Of a stretch of 34,082 bases of DNA, positions 9,613-17,920 are shown in pieces (the stretch's first letter is position 1; the number at the start of each line of letters is the position of its first letter). The notes under the pieces were generated by a model. The model saw nothing but the letters and a program-made list of their open reading frames with translations. It searched no databases and was not told the DNA's origin. The translations under genes were made by a program, and so were the position numbers. The DNA is from a virus. Lineage: Duplodnaviria > Heunggongvirae > Uroviricota > Caudoviricetes. Where the stretch lies: IMG/VR virus record IMGVR_UViG_3300045988_014597, positions 1 through 34,082 of that record. One strand, 5' to 3'.

Positions 9613-11033
9613 TTCTTACCTCGTCTCTTCATGTAATTAAGCAATTCTTCCTGTACTGATTTCTTCTCGTCGGTACGCGCGGCAACAACCTCGTCCAGCG
9701 TGTCTTTAGCGACGATGTGATAGAGGAACACCGGGCGCTCGTGGCCTGCCTGTTTCTGGCGTACGGGACCTATACGCTCGACAACCTGCAAATAGTGCTC
9801 AAGGTTCCAGCCTTGCGAGATGAACGCCAGATGATGCCCGCCGTCCTGTAAATTCAAACCATGGCCCGCTGACGCAGGATGTACGCATAGGATTTCGATT
9901 TCTCCACGGTTCCACGCTTCCATCTGCTTATTACCCTTAGCGCCTTTGGCGAATGCCTGGGCCTGCGGGAATCTCTTAAGGATGCGCTCCAGTTCGTGCT
10001 TAAACTGATAAGCCACAAGCAACGGCGCACCCTGTAACTCCTCGACAATGGACTCAAGCGCATCCAGTTTCGTGTCGTGCACTTTCTCCCAGTCTTTCGT
10101 TGCTTCTCCATCAGGCCCCGACACATACACGGCACCAGAAGCAATCTGCAGACACTTCGACGTCTTCGCCGCCGCGTTAGCCGCTTCAACTTCCCCGCTC
10201 TCGAGTTCCGCGAATAGCTTCTCCTCCATATCGATGTACGCCTGACGCGCTTTCTTCGGCAGGTCGATTTCAACCGGTACAATAATCGGCGCTTCACAGC
10301 CGAACCATTCGGCGGCGTCAATCGTGAGACTAATGTCCTTCATCTTCTGATGAATTTCATTATCTGCGCCCGGGCGTGCATGGTATTCACGGGCCATCGC
10401 TGACTTACCTTTCTGTACCGAGTTGAACCAGCGGTCGGTGAATGCTGTGTACGATGAACCAAGTCGCTCGCCTGCGTCGATAAACCAGTTCTGCCCCCAC
10501 AAGTCCTTGAGGCCGTTCGGTGATGGTGTACCTGTCAGGTTAATGAACCGCTTAACCTTACCGAACGCCACTTTACTAAGCGCCTTTGCCCGCTTGCTGC
10601 CGCCTGAACGGCTGCGGAATGATTTCAGCTTCGTGCTTTCATCGGCAACAATAACTGTAAAAGGCCAGTCGTCTTTGCCGTAGTAGTCAATCAGCCACTC
10701 GATAACTTCGTAGTTGGTACAAATCACATTGGCGTCAGACTCCAGCGCCGCGATACGGCGCTTCTCTGAACCTGTCGCATCTACGACATTCAGACACGGG
10801 AATTGCCATTTCTCTTGTTCTGCTGGCCATGTGCCGGACGCAACGCGCAGCGGGGCGAGTATTAACACGCGGTCATCGTCCGTAAGTTGCCCATTGCGAA
10901 ACAGGCGGTTGAGTACCCACATTGTCGACGAGGTCTTGCCGCCGCCCATACCGCACCAGATATTGCAACGTGGGTGCTGTAGTATAAACGACGTCATTAT
11001 TTTCTGGTACTCGCGCCTTTGAAACTTAGACAT
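9609..11033 (-). CDS. SNF2/DEAD-like ATP-dependent helicase, 474 aa
   Basis: Walker A CGMGGGKTS and a DExx box (VIVADEST), plus a C-terminal helicase region. Confidence 0.8.
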   Translation of the reverse strand: MSKFQRREYQKIMTSFILQHPRCNIWCGMGGGKTSSTMWVLNRLFRNGQLTDDDRVLILAPLRVASGTWPAEQEKWQFPCLNVVDATGSEKRRIAALESDANVICTNYEVIEWLIDYYGKDDWPFTVIVADESTKLKSFRSRSGGSKRAKALSKVAFGKVKRFINLTGTPSPNGLKDLWGQNWFIDAGERLGSSYTAFTDRWFNSVQKGKSAMAREYHARPGADNEIHQKMKDISLTIDAAEWFGCEAPIIVPVEIDLPKKARQAYIDMEEKLFAELESGEVEAANAAAKTSKCLQIASGAVYVSGPDGEATKDWEKVHDTKLDALESIVEELQGAPLLVAYQFKHELERILKRFPQAQAFAKGAKGNKQMEAWNRGEIEILCVHPASAGHGLNLQDGGHHLAFISQGWNLEHYLQVVERIGPVRQKQAGHERPVFLYHIVAKDTLDEVVAARTDEKKSVQEELLNYMKRRGKK

Positions 11034-11709
11034 GATTAGCCTCGTAAACTGCTTTTGCGAAACCCCGCGGAGTAAGGCTGCGGATTGTTTTTGTCCGCAC
11101 TGATTTACCGCCTAATTTATTGTGTTGGTCTGAGTACCCATCACCAACGGCAACACATGATTTAACGGGCATAACAAAACCGTTACCAGCCCAAATACAT
11201 GTCTTCTTAGGGTACGCGTCCCGAGGTTTTATGTATTCAGGGAACATTGGATGCGTGTCGTCTTCCGGTAAATACCCGCCGTATTCGTACGGATTGAATA
11301 CATAATCAGGCTTACGCCATAAAGACGAAAGAACGCTAACCGGGTTCTCAATCATATAAGGTACGTTGTACTTTTTAGCAAGACGCGCCGCCACTTTGCA
11401 TGTAATCACGGCCTCTACCTGAAACGTTGGATTCTTCTTCCGTTTCGTTTCGAAATGCGCAGCACCACTAACGGCTAAATCTGTGCACGGAGGGAACGCG
11501 AAAATAATATCCGGCGCAACGTCGAAGTCGAATTTATTATCAATCCACGCGTTTATATAGTGGATGTTCTCGTGTTCAACTTTCGAACCCAATCGCGCGT
11601 AGTCGCCGTGGTCGGCACCGTCGTAGTTGAAACAATAGCAAGTATGGCCCGCTTCTGCCCACGGTTGGGCCATGAGGCCCGAACCGTCGAACAATGACCA
11701 GATAATCAT
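11026..11709 (-). CDS. Compact DNA (cytosine-5) methyltransferase-like protein, 227 aa
   Basis: C5-methyltransferase signature order: motif I LFDGSG, PC motif FAFPPCTDLAVSG, ENV-like motif MIENP, C-terminal RSLTPRGFAKAV resembling motif IX. Very short, so the target-recognition domain must be minimal. Confidence 0.6.
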   Translation of the reverse strand: MIIWSLFDGSGLMAQPWAEAGHTCYCFNYDGADHGDYARLGSKVEHENIHYINAWIDNKFDFDVAPDIIFAFPPCTDLAVSGAAHFETKRKKNPTFQVEAVITCKVAARLAKKYNVPYMIENPVSVLSSLWRKPDYVFNPYEYGGYLPEDDTHPMFPEYIKPRDAYPKKTCIWAGNGFVMPVKSCVAVGDGYSDQHNKLGGKSVRTKTIRSLTPRGFAKAVYEANHV

Positions 11710-11897
11710 TTCAACACCAGAACTAACTCTTTACGTCCAAACGCCGTAACGTTACCGGTTACATCTTCGATAACCAGTTTACCGTTCGACTCGACGTATA
11801 CCGTATCAACGGCAACAGGACGACGTGTCTTAACGTTGAAAATCATGTCACCCGGTACGATGTCACGTGCTGGTTTGCGGTCGTATTCGTGTTTCAT
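11706..11897 (-). CDS. Hypothetical protein, 63 aa
   Basis: ORF directly downstream of a family A promoter, AAGGA-type RBS; stop overlaps the next start. Confidence 0.5.
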   Translation of the reverse strand: MKHEYDRKPARDIVPGDMIFNVKTRRPVAVDTVYVESNGKLVIEDVTGNVTAFGRKELVLVLK

Positions 11898-11908
11898 TTC
11901 TCAATTCC

Positions 11909-12214
11909 TTATATTGTTGGTGTATGACTACTATAATAGTTCGCTATTAGGTCGTCAACCTGTTTAAACGACCCGACGACAAAAACATTTGCGCCACGTT
12001 TGCGCATACGCTCATGTTCCCTCAGCTGGTGAGGGTCTGGCTTCGTATTTTCGTCTTTCTTAACCTCGACGAACCAGACGATGCCTCCGGGGAGAATTAC
12101 CAGGAGGTCAGGGGCCCCCACTCTATTTTCGTACGACAATTTGCGTACGAGGCCACCGAGGGCCTCAAATCGCTCTTTTGCGTATTTCTGGATGCGCCCC
12201 TCAGGCGTACTCAT
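11909..12214 (-). CDS. VRR-NUC domain nuclease (PD-(D/E)xK), about 101 aa
   Basis: GAPDLLVILPGG...FVEVKK pattern. ATG at 12214 preferred over the upstream alternative start used by the ORF track. Confidence 0.65.
   Translation of the reverse strand: MSTPEGRIQKYAKERFEALGGLVRKLSYENRVGAPDLLVILPGGIVWFVEVKKDENTKPDPHQLREHERMRKRGANVFVVGSFKQVDDLIANYYSSHTPTI
11929..11957 (-). promoter_or_regulatory. Family A sigma70-like promoter (TTGACG-N17-TATAGT) with embedded palindrome AATAG-N4-CTATT
   Basis: Reverse strand reads TTGACGACCTAATAGCGAACTATTATAGT; -35 at 11952-11957, -10 at 11929-11934, palindrome at 11934-11947. Confidence 0.6.
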
Positions 12215-12300
12215 AATACGCACCCCTCACGTTTCGTATGTTCAATACCGCAGCGCGGACAGATTCGACAGTCTTCTTCGTAGAACCAGTAAATTTTCAT
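12211..12300 (-). CDS. Small zinc-ribbon-like protein, 29 aa
   Basis: MKIYWFYEEDCRICPRCGIEHTKREGCVL, with a CxxCxxC cluster; ATGA overlaps at both ends. Confidence 0.3.
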   Translation of the reverse strand: MKIYWFYEEDCRICPRCGIEHTKREGCVL

Positions 12301-12428
12301 TCCAGCACCCACAGATAAATTGCGATGAACATGCCCAATATGGCAACCATCATGCCGTATTGACCCTCGTGACAGTAGATACCGGCGGCGAATCCCGCCA
12401 GTACCGCGATAATCAGTTTACTTGGCAT
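12297..12428 (-). CDS. Small membrane protein, 43 aa, two predicted hydrophobic helices
   Basis: MPSKLIIAVLAGFAAGIYCHEGQYGMMVAILGMFIAIYLWVLE; start overlaps the 3' end of the polymerase gene. Confidence 0.3.
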   Translation of the reverse strand: MPSKLIIAVLAGFAAGIYCHEGQYGMMVAILGMFIAIYLWVLE

Positions 12429-14589
12429 AACGTTTTAACTCCTGACCTTCCGCTACAAGAGGGAAGCCTTCTGCCCACTCAGGTAATTCACACATCAACC
12501 GCTCAAGTTCAGCCACATTGTATTCCGGCGTATCTGGTGTCTCACAGATAATTTCGTCGTGTACGTGAAGCACAATCGGATAGCCGTTAGCTTCTACATT
12601 CAGCAGCGCATTAGCCAGCAAATCACGGCATAGCGCCTGAGTGCAGTTTTCCACCAGTTTACCAGAGTAGGTGTACTGGAAGCCCCACTGACGGGTTAAC
12701 TGGTTCTCCCCCTGGTACTTGATACGCACGTTAGTAGACACCTTTCCGTCTTCGTCTGTCTCTTTCGACACGCTTAACCCGACTCCGGGGTATGACATAA
12801 CACGACCTGACGGCAACGTCATGCGCAACCACCAGCCAGCGACTTTGTTGCCGTTGATGTCTGTCTCCACGTTGCGCGAAAACTTAACGCCGCGCGGCCC
12901 TGCGGTGAACTCTTTACCTGGATTGCGGATAGCTGCCATAGCCGCATCTTCAATATCTCGCCAGAATTGGACTATTGCAGGATTAGCTTCCCGGTACATG
13001 CGTTTTAAAGCGTCACAGGTACGCCACACTTTCTTATCCAGAATATACGACGGTCGGTCATCCTTTTCGCCGGGTCTCGGCGGTCTCTTGGCTTCCTGAA
13101 TGCGTGCCCACTCATATCCGCGTGCGGTAGCGGCCCAGATGTGGTCAGGGAATGACCTGTCTAAAGTGCGGGTCATATCATTCAAATCAAGACCTAAGTT
13201 TTTAGCAAACGTGACGAAAGCACCTACACCCCCCGCGTAGCCGAGGCCCAGAACCATTGCTTTGGCTATTTGTCTTTGGTCCTTTGTTACAGCCTCGTAC
13301 GCAACGTTGAACACAGTTGATGCGAGTTTCTTATACACATCAACCCCGTTTACAAATACTTCTATTAAATCGTCTTCACCAGCCAGCCACGCTAAACCAC
13401 GGCCTTCGACGTTCGAGTAGTCGGCGACGACAAACTTATGCCCCACTTCCGGTATGATGCAGCTTCGCACCGTCGATGCCGTTAGCTTGGCTACATCGAA
13501 ACGGCGATGTGCACGGCCTTTAAGTAACGCTGAAATGCCTTTATCCAGTTCATCATCATGATAGTACCCGCGCGACTGGTTATGCGGCTGGAAGCCTTTA
13601 CCCGCAAACCGTAATGTACGCTTGGCCCCGCCATACTGGATGCAACCGCGGCGTCGGTCGTCAGAAGAACGGCCCAACAACAGTGGTCTATATTTCGTTG
13701 ACGCGGTAGACGCGGCCCCGAGGCGCATTTCGATAATCGTGCGAGCGTCGTCCGGTAAATCATCATCCGCCAGCAGGTCGTTAAGCGTAGACTTCTGCGC
13801 ATTGTGGATGCGGTGCGCTGGCGCAAGTTCACGCAGAATCGGAAGGAAGTCTTTACCAGTCAGCGAGCCGCCGTATTTGCGTTGGGCTTCTTCCTGTAAC
13901 TGTGCCTTGTGCTTCTCCACGGCTTCAATCGCGGCTTCCGCCAGTGCGACGTCAACCTTAAACCCCCTGTCATTGATTAACTGATCCAGTTCCAGTACAC
14001 GGTCCTCGAACTCGGAGTTACCCCACCGCGGCAGCTTATGGAACACTTCACGCATCGCAGTGATGTCACTCACGGCGTACTTGATGAACAGCGCCCATTC
14101 TTCCGGGTGTGTGTCCGCGGTGTAGCGGCGGATTTTGTAGTTCTTCGGTGTCGGTTTAGAGAAACGCTGAATCAGCGCCTTGCCGCGTTTATCTTTTGCG
14201 TTGTCCGCGGATACGCCAAGCACTTCACACAGCGCATCGAGTGACCCCGGCAGCGCGTGACGAAACGCCCAAATCATCGTATCAATGGTGTTGCTTACCG
14301 GAATATCAAAGCCCCAGCAGCGCTTCATGATTAGCCTGTCGAACATTGAGCCGTTATGCCACACCATCTTAATGCGGCTGTTCGGCTTCACCAGGCGGCG
14401 TAGAGCGCGGTGCAAATCTCCTGGCATGTCGCTGCTGTCGGTGCAATCCCATACCCGCACAGGTTCGTCGTCGAAAGCATATGTACAGATAAGCACTTCG
14501 GTAGTCGGGTGTTCGGCATAAGCGTAGGAGCCGACTTTCTTTAAATCGGCCTCGGAGAATGTTTCAAAGTCTAAGAACAGGTAACTCAT
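12418..14589 (-). CDS. DNA polymerase, family A (Pol I-like) with 3'-5' exonuclease domain, 723 aa
   Basis: Exo motifs FLDFETFS and YAVSDI; polymerase motif A VVADYSNVEGR, motif B RQIAKAMVLGLGYAGG, motif C VLHVHDEI. Confidence 0.93.
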   Translation of the reverse strand: MSYLFLDFETFSEADLKKVGSYAYAEHPTTEVLICTYAFDDEPVRVWDCTDSSDMPGDLHRALRRLVKPNSRIKMVWHNGSMFDRLIMKRCWGFDIPVSNTIDTMIWAFRHALPGSLDALCEVLGVSADNAKDKRGKALIQRFSKPTPKNYKIRRYTADTHPEEWALFIKYAVSDITAMREVFHKLPRWGNSEFEDRVLELDQLINDRGFKVDVALAEAAIEAVEKHKAQLQEEAQRKYGGSLTGKDFLPILRELAPAHRIHNAQKSTLNDLLADDDLPDDARTIIEMRLGAASTASTKYRPLLLGRSSDDRRRGCIQYGGAKRTLRFAGKGFQPHNQSRGYYHDDELDKGISALLKGRAHRRFDVAKLTASTVRSCIIPEVGHKFVVADYSNVEGRGLAWLAGEDDLIEVFVNGVDVYKKLASTVFNVAYEAVTKDQRQIAKAMVLGLGYAGGVGAFVTFAKNLGLDLNDMTRTLDRSFPDHIWAATARGYEWARIQEAKRPPRPGEKDDRPSYILDKKVWRTCDALKRMYREANPAIVQFWRDIEDAAMAAIRNPGKEFTAGPRGVKFSRNVETDINGNKVAGWWLRMTLPSGRVMSYPGVGLSVSKETDEDGKVSTNVRIKYQGENQLTRQWGFQYTYSGKLVENCTQALCRDLLANALLNVEANGYPIVLHVHDEIICETPDTPEYNVAELERLMCELPEWAEGFPLVAEGQELKRYAK

Positions 14590-14605
14590 TATTTTCGACC
14601 CCTAG

Positions 14606-14630
14606 TAAAAAGGCCCAATGAAGGGCCTTA
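14606..14630 (-). terminator. Intrinsic terminator between the SSB-like gene and the polymerase gene
   Basis: AGGCCC-AATGAA-GGGCCT hairpin with an A-run on the + strand, giving a U-tract on the reverse-strand transcript. Confidence 0.5.
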
Positions 14631-14648
14631 GTTAAATTGATTCAGATA

Positions 14649-15275
14649 TTAACGGCGACGACGTTCGCGGCGCGGTGCTTCATCTTCTTCGTCGTCTTCC
14701 AGGTCATCGACGCTTGCAGCGACTTTAGAACCGCCGAATGCTTTACCTTCGCCAACATATTTAATCGCCAGCAGGTTAACGCCGAGGACTTTGTATTTCT
14801 GGCTGAACCAGATTTCGACGCTTACGTTAGCGACGCAGCCGCTGTAAACCTGTTCACCTTCAATCTGTTCACCGTCCACATTGAAGTCCTGCTCTACCTG
14901 AGTCTCGCCTTTTTTAGAGGTTACAATCAGCGGCTGTTTCTGTGCCTTCGCTTTGAAGTAGAAGCCTTCCGGGAAGTCTTCAAACGGATTGTCGCGCTCG
15001 GCAATGTCTTTAATCGCGCATTTATCCATATGCTTGCCTTCGCCGTAGTTGGACTTCATCCATTTCTCGGCAGCGGCTGCACCTAACGCCTCTTCAACTA
15101 CAGCATAAACCGTGTCGTAGAGTGCGTCGATTTGAGCATGGTCAGGCGGCAGGATAATAGTCGCGCTGTATTGACCTTTAGTGATTGAGCCATCGTCGTT
15201 TTCACGGTCTTTTTCGCGTTCAAATACGTTAACCCAAGCAGTGTTTACTTTACGCAGATTTAATTTCAGTCCCAC
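14649..15275 (-). CDS. Putative ssDNA-binding protein (SSB-like, DUF2815-like) with a charged C-terminal tail, 208 aa
   Basis: Acidic C-terminus (DDLEDDEEDEA) followed by an Arg run; neighbours a DUF2800-type nuclease and Pol A, a common phage replication trio. Function inferred. Confidence 0.45.
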   Translation of the reverse strand: MGLKLNLRKVNTAWVNVFEREKDRENDDGSITKGQYSATIILPPDHAQIDALYDTVYAVVEEALGAAAAEKWMKSNYGEGKHMDKCAIKDIAERDNPFEDFPEGFYFKAKAQKQPLIVTSKKGETQVEQDFNVDGEQIEGEQVYSGCVANVSVEIWFSQKYKVLGVNLLAIKYVGEGKAFGGSKVAASVDDLEDDEEDEAPRRERRRR

Positions 15276-15338
15276 AGTTCAGCCCTCATTAAGTTTAGAT
15301 TTTAAGTTTACTCCGGGAACTGCCCGGCCAGTGATTTA

Positions 15339-15368
15339 ACTATAATAGCTTACTATTCAGGTTGTCAA
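15339..15368 (-). promoter_or_regulatory. Family A sigma70-like promoter (TTGACA-N18-TATAGT) with embedded palindrome GAATAG-N4-CTATT
   Basis: Reverse strand reads TTGACAACCTGAATAGTAAGCTATTATAGT; palindrome at 15344-15357. A CCGGG-N5-CCCGG hairpin at 15313-15327 lies in the 5' leader. Confidence 0.6.
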
Positions 15369-15372
15369 CACT

Positions 15373-16629
15373 TTATTCCAAATCTTCTTCACTAACCTGA
15401 TTCCACTCAGGCCGTTTGTCGTCCGCCGTTGCGACGCACGGCGCACCGGGCTTACGGGTAATGAAGTCTTTAAGTTCTTCTTCCGGTATGACTTTAACCG
15501 CTTCGGTTGGCGTCATGAGGACTTCTTTAGTCAGCTTGTTGCCGTAGAGTTCTGCCACTTTCTCCGCGTCTTTCCACGCACGATTACCGGGACGACCTTC
15601 AACGAGTTTGTACCCTGGCACTTTCTTGCCGGAGTGCAACGCGGTGGCCATAGCTTTTTCAACCTTGTCTATGTGCTGGCGCAACAACGGCAACTTCTCA
15701 TACTCGGCTACGAGTTGCTCTGGTGTCAGTTCCAGCTCAAAGTCGTCCTCCAGTTCTTCCGCCAGTACAGAATTAACCGTCTTTGTACGCGCGGCGCACT
15801 GTTCCGAGAACCGACACCACTGACAACCATCGACCGACGGCTTGAAGTCCGACGCTTTCAGGTTCTTCTTACCCCGAAAATACGCATCAAGAGCTAACAG
15901 CGCGCGTTTCTGTGCAAACTTAGCGAACAGTTCCAGACCTTCAACCGAAATGTCCCACTCCGACGCACCGCCAGCATACGGCTGAAAGATGACCAGACGA
16001 ACAACCGTGATGTTATAACGTCTCTTGAGTCGGCGATAAACACCGAGAGCGTAAAGCATAAGCTGCTTGTTTTCTTTCGCTTCGACACGGTGTCGCCCAG
16101 TTTTCAGGTCGCCGATAATTAGCATGTGCTCGTCGGTGTTAGCCAGTTCCTGAACGGCAACAAGGTCAGCGGTTCCGAACGTCTCAACGCCTTCATATCC
16201 CGGATGCAATACCTCGGTAAGATTGACGCGCATTTCCAGCTTGGCGTAAGTCGCTACGTCGATAATCGCTTTGCAGTAGTCGGTGTACTTGCGCACCTGC
16301 TCAATCATGCCCGTCGTAATCAGTACCGCACCTTTCATCGGGCTGATTAGGGCCTTAATCTGGCCTTTACCCTCATCCAGCACGTAAGCACCGACTTCAC
16401 GCTCTAACGGCAACGCGGTGCCTTTGATGTACTGGTTTAAATGGACCTCGGCAATAGTGTGGCATGCGGTTCCTGTAACGGCAGATTTACCAGACGCGTT
16501 AGGAATATCTTTTTCACACGCCAGTGACGCAGCGCATGACAGCCACTTTTTAGCGCCTGACGGTGACAGTAAGGCGTGTACATCGTTATTTCCGCCGCGA
16601 TCCTTTAAAATCATACCCTGCTCTCCCAC
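15373..16629 (-). CDS. PD-(D/E)xK nuclease of the Cas4/RecB-like family (DUF2800-like), 418 aa
   Basis: GDLKTG and QLMLYALG motifs, plus a four-cysteine arrangement (one N-terminal Cys and a C-terminal CQWCRFSEQC cluster) typical of Fe-S Cas4/AddB-type nucleases. Confidence 0.7.
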   Translation of the reverse strand: MGEQGMILKDRGGNNDVHALLSPSGAKKWLSCAASLACEKDIPNASGKSAVTGTACHTIAEVHLNQYIKGTALPLEREVGAYVLDEGKGQIKALISPMKGAVLITTGMIEQVRKYTDYCKAIIDVATYAKLEMRVNLTEVLHPGYEGVETFGTADLVAVQELANTDEHMLIIGDLKTGRHRVEAKENKQLMLYALGVYRRLKRRYNITVVRLVIFQPYAGGASEWDISVEGLELFAKFAQKRALLALDAYFRGKKNLKASDFKPSVDGCQWCRFSEQCAARTKTVNSVLAEELEDDFELELTPEQLVAEYEKLPLLRQHIDKVEKAMATALHSGKKVPGYKLVEGRPGNRAWKDAEKVAELYGNKLTKEVLMTPTEAVKVIPEEELKDFITRKPGAPCVATADDKRPEWNQVSEEDLE

Positions 16630-16883
16630 TGGTCAATTAAATGTCGTGTCTTATGGTCGCAATGCATAGCCCACCCATACATCGACTCGAAGACATAAAA
16701 GTCAGGTTTTGCGAAAGTCGTGCGCTTAATCTGCGACACGTGACGGCCTATATCTTTAGGTCGTGGTACTTTGCCTAAGTAAGCCATCTCTTCCATCAGG
16801 TGCGCACCGGACGGCGCACGCAACAGCCATAGCGCCTCTGTGTTATCTCGCCTGTCTACGGCGCGGTAGAGTTGGTAAATCAT
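16611..16883 (-). CDS. Hypothetical protein, 90 aa
   Basis: ORF in the operon, overlapping the downstream gene start. Confidence 0.45.
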   Translation of the reverse strand: MIYQLYRAVDRRDNTEALWLLRAPSGAHLMEEMAYLGKVPRPKDIGRHVSQIKRTTFAKPDFYVFESMYGWAMHCDHKTRHLIDQWESRV

Positions 16884-16925
16884 TCGGCGTCCCTCAGTTA
16901 AAGCGGCCAGAAGGCCGCCGGATAA

Positions 16926-17396
16926 CTATTCTTCTTCGAAATACTTGTTCTTGATTGCTGTCAGGCGTTCCAGATATTCAGCCAGGTCTTCGTCTTTAAT
17001 CGCGGCAATCTTCATCTTCTTACCGGTGAACTCTTCCAGCAGTTCATCGGAATCATCGCACGCGGCATCGCTTGGACCTTCGTTAATTGCATCGTCGATA
17101 GCCTGAATCTGGTCACGAAGAGACTGGTAATCGACTTCTTCTTTCTCTTCTTCCGGCTCTGGCGCAGGTTCCTCTACTTTAGCTTTACGCGGCTTGCGTT
17201 TCGGCTTCTCATCTTCCGCCGGTTTAGTATCGACGATGTCTTCACCTTCGACCGGGATTTCTTTTGTTGCTTCTTTCGCAACGGTGGTCTCGATTGTTGC
17301 GGTTTCAGCAACGACAACCTGTTTTGCACTGTTCTCGGCAATCAGTTCATGGGCAACTACGAAACGTTCCAGTAATACTAAGAATTTCTCTAACAT
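16926..17396 (-). CDS. Acidic hypothetical protein, 156 aa
   Basis: Strongly acidic central and C-terminal regions (EPAPEPEEEKEE, DDSDELLEEF). Confidence 0.55.
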   Translation of the reverse strand: MLEKFLVLLERFVVAHELIAENSAKQVVVAETATIETTVAKEATKEIPVEGEDIVDTKPAEDEKPKRKPRKAKVEEPAPEPEEEKEEVDYQSLRDQIQAIDDAINEGPSDAACDDSDELLEEFTGKKMKIAAIKDEDLAEYLERLTAIKNKYFEEE

Positions 17397-17406
17397 TTGG
17401 TTCTCT

Positions 17407-17562
17407 CCTGTTTATTTATACTTAACGGTTTTAACTAACTGGCCTGTCGCTTTGTCGAAGAAGCCAACACGATTGTTGCTTACGCGATAGCGTGCGGTTT
17501 CTTTAGTTCCAAATGCTATATCAAGGCCCAACAGAATCTTTGCTTTGCGGTTATTGGTCATT
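17407..17562 (-). CDS. Small hypothetical protein, 51 aa
   Basis: Reverse-strand ORF with a GGAGAG RBS, directly downstream of a family A promoter. Too short for the ORF track. Confidence 0.4.
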
Positions 17563-17593
17563 TTGTTTCTCTCCTCTCGTTTGGTATGGGCTA

Positions 17594-17623
17594 ACTATAA
17601 TAGCAAACTATTCATGTTGTCAA
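17594..17623 (-). promoter_or_regulatory. Family A sigma70-like promoter (TTGACA-N18-TATAGT) with embedded palindrome (T)GAATAG-N4-CTATT
   Basis: Reverse strand reads TTGACAACATGAATAGTTTGCTATTATAGT; palindrome at 17599-17612. Divergent from the HTH gene promoter. Confidence 0.6.
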
Positions 17624-17627
17624 TGGG

Positions 17628-17657
17628 CTTTTCTAAAATAATTAATATGGTACTATT
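17628..17657 (+). promoter_or_regulatory. Putative promoter of the XRE gene, with a degenerate palindrome AATAT-N4-CTATT over the -10 (TACTAT)
   Basis: TACTATTCAC at 17651-17660 matches the family B -10 and leader; the -35 is weak (CTTTTC). Confidence 0.35.
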
Positions 17658-17687
17658 CACATATCGGCTAACTAAGGAGTAATTGAC

Positions 17688-17903
17688 ATGCAACCATCTG
17701 AACTAGGCATCCGTGTAGAACAACGCCGCAAAGAACTCGGCATCTCCCAGCGCCGTCTGGCCGTCCTGGCTGGCGTTTCCCAGGGCGCAATTAACCAGCT
17801 GGCACTTGGGGTAACTCAGGACGTCCGCCCGGCGACGCTGTTCAAACTGGCGGAAGTGCTGCAAGTAGACGCCAAGTGGCTGGCGTTAGGTGAAGGGGCT
17901 TAA
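17688..17903 (+). CDS. XRE-family helix-turn-helix transcriptional regulator (Cro/CI-like), 71 aa
   Basis: LGISQRRLAVLAGVSQGAINQLALG helix-turn-helix; AAGGAG RBS; sole + strand gene inside the reverse-strand replication module. Confidence 0.85.
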   Translation: MQPSELGIRVEQRRKELGISQRRLAVLAGVSQGAINQLALGVTQDVRPATLFKLAEVLQVDAKWLALGEGA

Positions 17904-17918
17904 TGCCCCTTTCTTTTT
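17894..17918 (+). terminator. Intrinsic terminator after the XRE gene
   Basis: AGGGGC-TTAAT-GCCCCT hairpin followed by a T-run; the stop codon lies in the loop. Confidence 0.65.
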
Positions 17919-17920
17919 AT

